From: the human T2T-CHM13v2.0 reference genome, Homo sapiens
Assembly: GCF_009914755.1 (NCBI RefSeq)
Contig: NC_060936.1
Length of the DNA: 64,000 nucleotides
Reading direction: 5' to 3' (one strand)
Shown here: positions 59,470-64,000 of the stretch, one piece after another
Numbering within the stretch: the first letter of the stretch is position 1
Layout: each line of letters opens with the position of its first letter
The notes under the pieces: generated by a model
Seen by the model: only the letters and a program-made list of their open reading frames with translations
Told to the model about the DNA's origin: nothing
The model's database searches: none
Position numbers and translations under genes: made by a program

Positions 59470-59655
59470 CAAGAGAAAGAGCAGCCAAGATGGAGGCTGC
59501 AGAGTCCCAGCCTCAGAAGTGACACACCAGCACTTCTGCCATAGTTTTTTGATCACACAGATCAACCCTGGTACGGGTGAGAGGGGACTAAAAAAGGGTA
59601 TGAGTACCAGGAGCAGAGGCTCACTGGGGACTGTCTGGGGAGGCTGGCTACCACA
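59470..59655 (-). mobile_element. MLT1-family LTR fragment
   Basis: cagaagtgacacaccagcacttctgccata...ggaggctggctaccaca. Confidence 0.75.
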
Positions 59656-59865
59656 GTTCTCCAGAGACAGGCAGAGGACATAAGTCAAATAACAAAGTAC
59701 TGCATTTTATTAATTGAGCCACCATCCAATAACCTCCATTACAAGTTTTAACTAAAAATGAATAGAAGCTGTAAGGCCTAAGCAGAATCTCCTACTTCTT
59801 CCTGAATCTAAACCTTGGGATCTTAGTACCTTCTAGAAGGATGCAGAGAGGAAAGATAACAAAAT

Positions 59866-60290
59866 TGATAGAGACAGGAGACAGCCAGAGGTCCCTGGCG
59901 AAACCCTGCCTTCAAGCCTAAAACAGCCTGAAGGCTGAAAAACCGTACTGCTGGTCCCAGATGAAGCCTACTATTTCCCGACTGATTCTTTCTGAATAAC
60001 GCCCACCTGCACACAGGGAGGACGGGGTGGGGCCTCGGGAAGTTCACGGAATTTGCAGCGAGGAGGAACCTGGCCTCTCCTGTTCCTGTGTGGTGAGCTG
60101 GGATTCAATCTGTGAGGTGGGAATCCTGCTAGCAGGATTTTCTCTCACTTTGCAGATAATTATTTTCCCTTTTTCCTTTTTGCCCAATAAATTCCTCTCC
60201 TCACCCTTCTATGTGCCCGTGAGCCTAATCTTTCCCAGTCGAGTGACAAGAACCTGGTTTTAGCTGAACTAAGGAGAAAATTCTGCAACA
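59866..60290 (+). mobile_element. Solo ERV1 LTR (MER61-like)
   Basis: TGATAGAGACAGGAGACAGCC...TGCAACA, AATAAA near the end, TSD aaat (59862-59865, 60291-60294). Confidence 0.88.
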
Positions 60291-61037
60291 AAATGACAGA
60301 GAAAATAAAATGACTTATCTCCTTAGTCACTTGTATGAGGAGGTGGAGAATCAGAGAGGGGGCTGAGTGCACTTGTCCACCCGAATGCATAGAGTGGGAG
60401 AGAAGGAGAACCATTCCTAAGGAGGGCATCTCTGTCTACTAACTACAAGTTGCTATCTCTGGTCCCACACTCTGACCAATCAGATTAGCAACTCCTCTTC
60501 CCTTGGGTTGGGGGCAGGGGTGCTAGGAAGAGGTGGGAATGGCCTGGGAGAAGGACTGACAAGTCCTTTTTCCTGTACAGAAGGTATTGTCTTCCCTGTT
60601 TTTCGTATAAGGAAACTGAGATGTGGAAAGGTTAACTGAAGTTTGGTGAGGCCTGTTTCCAAGAAACCATGACTGAAAATCCCAACTTTTAAATTCAGCC
60701 ATAGTGGTCACATCAGGTCAAAGACACCGTAATTGCTGCTGAACTTGTGGTGAACTCCAGATTTATCTTTTAGGCATTTCTTCTATGTCACAGGTATTTG
60801 GGCTATGCATTAAACCAAAGATCCACTTAAAGAAATACAAACACAGGAGGGAACTTGGAAACATTTTTTGCAATCTGTTCTTTGCAGAGATAAAGAAACT
60901 GACATCCCTAGGGAATGAAGCCTAGGTCCTCGTGCCCCCGCCACCCCCCAGTCTGGTGCTTTTTCCTCAGTGGCACTGTGGAGGGGTTGTTGAGTATGTG
61001 TTCCCTGTGAGGCTGATTGGAACCTTCCTCTTCCTCA

Positions 61038-61646
<609 letters not shown>

Positions 61647-61660
61647 CTAGCTGCTGCTGC

Positions 61661-61960
61661 TTTTTTTTTTTTTTTTTTTTTTGAGACAGAATCTTGCTCT
61701 GTCACCCAGGCTGGAGCGCAGTCACATAGTCTTGGCTCACTGCAACCTCCACCTCCTGGGCTCGATCCTCCCACCTCAGTCTCCCAAATAGCTAGGACTA
61801 CAGGTGCATGCCACAAAACCTGGCTAATTTTTATATTTTTTGTAGAAATGGGGTTTTGCCATGTTGCCCAGGCTGGTCTCAAACTCTTGAGCTCAAGCGA
61901 TCTGTCCGCCTTGGCCTGCTAAAGTGCTGGGATTACGGGTGTGAGCCACTGCGCCCAGCC
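61661..61960 (-). mobile_element. Alu (AluJ-like)
   Basis: Antisense Alu with a long T tract. Confidence 0.94.
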
Positions 61961-63229
61961 TGCCTCTTGCTTCTTACATTTCACTGCCTTGAGAGTTTAT
62001 CAACTCCCCACCCATAGGCATTTCACTTTCTCCTCCTCACATGATTTTGTTTCACCTGACGGTAGTCCAGCTGAATTCTGGAGATAGGCAGTTCAAGTAA
62101 TGGGAGAGGTCAGTGACTCAGTCTTCTATGTGGGATTAAGTTTTCCCTTCCCCAGGACCACAAGAATGAGCAGAGTATGTGGATCTTACTTTGAAGGAAC
62201 GAAAACAAACAATCCTATCATTTAATAGGAGCTTTAAAAGCTTTCGCAGCATGGGTGAGTGTGGCCATCGAGACTGTCTGGCAACTGCCCCTGCTGACAG
62301 TGGAGATTTATTATCATAGAAAATCATTTCAATCTGCGGAGGTTCCAAAGGGACCATTTTATGGTCATGGGCATAATTAATAGCAGAACTGTTTGGGAAG
62401 GACGCTAATATTTATTCACTGCCTACCACGCGCAAGACAGAGAGTGAGGTGGGAGGCTGGTGCCATTCTGATTCTGCAGAAGAGAAAGCTGAAGTTCAAG
62501 GAAGTTAGGTGGGTTGCCCACAGTTATAAGCCTATAAACAGTAGCGTGAAGACTTGAATCCAGATCTTTGCACTTCCTGTAGTGTAACACAGGGAGGGTT
62601 CAGTGCATTTTGAATCTGCTAGTTTGTCTCTTTTGAAAATGAGAGAAAATCTGTGGGGAAATATGAGAATTACAATAGCTTACCCAATCGTCCAAAGGTC
62701 ACAAAGCCCCAGAATTTGGAAACCTTGGGGTAAAAGGGAGATCAAAACGATGATTAAAAATGAAAAATCAAAGTCTCAGCTTCTGCTGCCTCTTGACACC
62801 AGGCACAGATACACTTTTAATGACAGCCTTTTATCAGATATTGCCGTCGGCAGATCTCAATGCCAGGGCCGCTAACGAGTGGAGGGTAAGGAAGGTCACA
62901 ACACAGAGGATACAAAATAAGGATTTGAAGCCATGTCCGTCTGGCAAGAAGAAATTAAGCGAAACTCAGGAAGTTCTTAAATATGTCGAAGGAGACTGTG
63001 TTTCACAACTTCTACAAACAAATTCCAAAATACGTAGACTTCTAGGAAGCAGAGAAGTTAGCAAATCGCCAAGGTGTTAATAGTCGGTTCTTGGTATTGT
63101 TAAAGCACAGTTTGATTTGCACATCTGACTGAAATACTTGCTTTAGCAAGCACACTCTTTCCTAGTAGTGCCTCTTAATGCTTCTACTAAAAGGCAACTC
63201 ATCTTTTTGATGGCCTGAGCACTTTAGTC

Positions 63230-63630
63230 ACAAAAATAAAATTTACTGAGCACATACTACGTGCCTGGCTGTGACTAAGGCACAGGGGATACAAATGAAA
63301 ACAGAATTACACGTTAACGTTTATGGAGTTCATAGCTGGATGGGAAAAGCAGTCAAGTCAACAAGGAATTATGGCATGTAGACTTCATGTATAACATGAA
63401 GGCAGGACAAGGTGCCCAGGGAAATGCAGTAGATGGGTACCTAACTCAGTCTTGGAAAGTCAGCAAAAGCTTCCCGGTTAAAGTGCCACCTGAGCTGAGA
63501 CCCAAAGGATGAGTGGGAGTTAATGGAGTGTATTCTCAGTGGAAAGAGAAACATGCACAAAGGAATAGGGATGAGAGAATGGGGTGTGTTTGGGGAACTG
63601 AAAGAGATTCAGTCTGGACAGACTATTAAG
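63230..63630 (-). mobile_element. L2 LINE 3' fragment
   Basis: atttactgagcacatactacgtgcctggc; ctgagctgagacccaaaggatgagtgggagtt. Confidence 0.75.
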
Positions 63631-63643
63631 GATAGAGATGGCA

Positions 63644-63978
<335 letters not shown>

Positions 63979-64000
63979 CTATACCATGTGAAAGCATTAG

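Noticed and set aside
59866-60290. p53 response element in the MER61-like LTR (attractive given the PIDDosome-p53 link)
   Set aside because: I could not find paired RRRCWWGYYY half-sites in this copy by eye.

Overview
Human (or closely related primate) genomic DNA from the 3' end of CRADD (RAIDD, the PIDDosome adaptor). The + strand holds the last ~25 kb of the large intron, the terminal coding exon for the whole death domain (25450-25751), its 3'UTR and the poly(A) signal (26191-26196). The remaining ~38 kb is repeat-rich downstream sequence. Repeats include 22 Alu/FLAM copies, a 7SL retropseudogene, a near full-length antisense L1MA (~46.8-54.5 kb) in a ~14 kb L1 cluster, HAL1/old L1 remnants, MaLR and ERV LTRs, MER2, MADE2, MIR and L2. 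I see no other protein-coding gene and no convincing new biological system; nearly all listed ORFs are repeat-derived or spurious. The best leads are: (1) a compact two-LTR provirus remnant with a tRNA-His-like primer site and PPT; (2) an inverted 117-bp templated insertion in the L1MA 5'UTR; (3) an antisense AluJ that could give an in-frame 42-aa cassette exon between CARD and death domain; (4) same-orientation Alus bracketing the death-domain exon. Repeat subfamily names come from recalled consensus sequences and boundaries are approximate unless TSDs are given.
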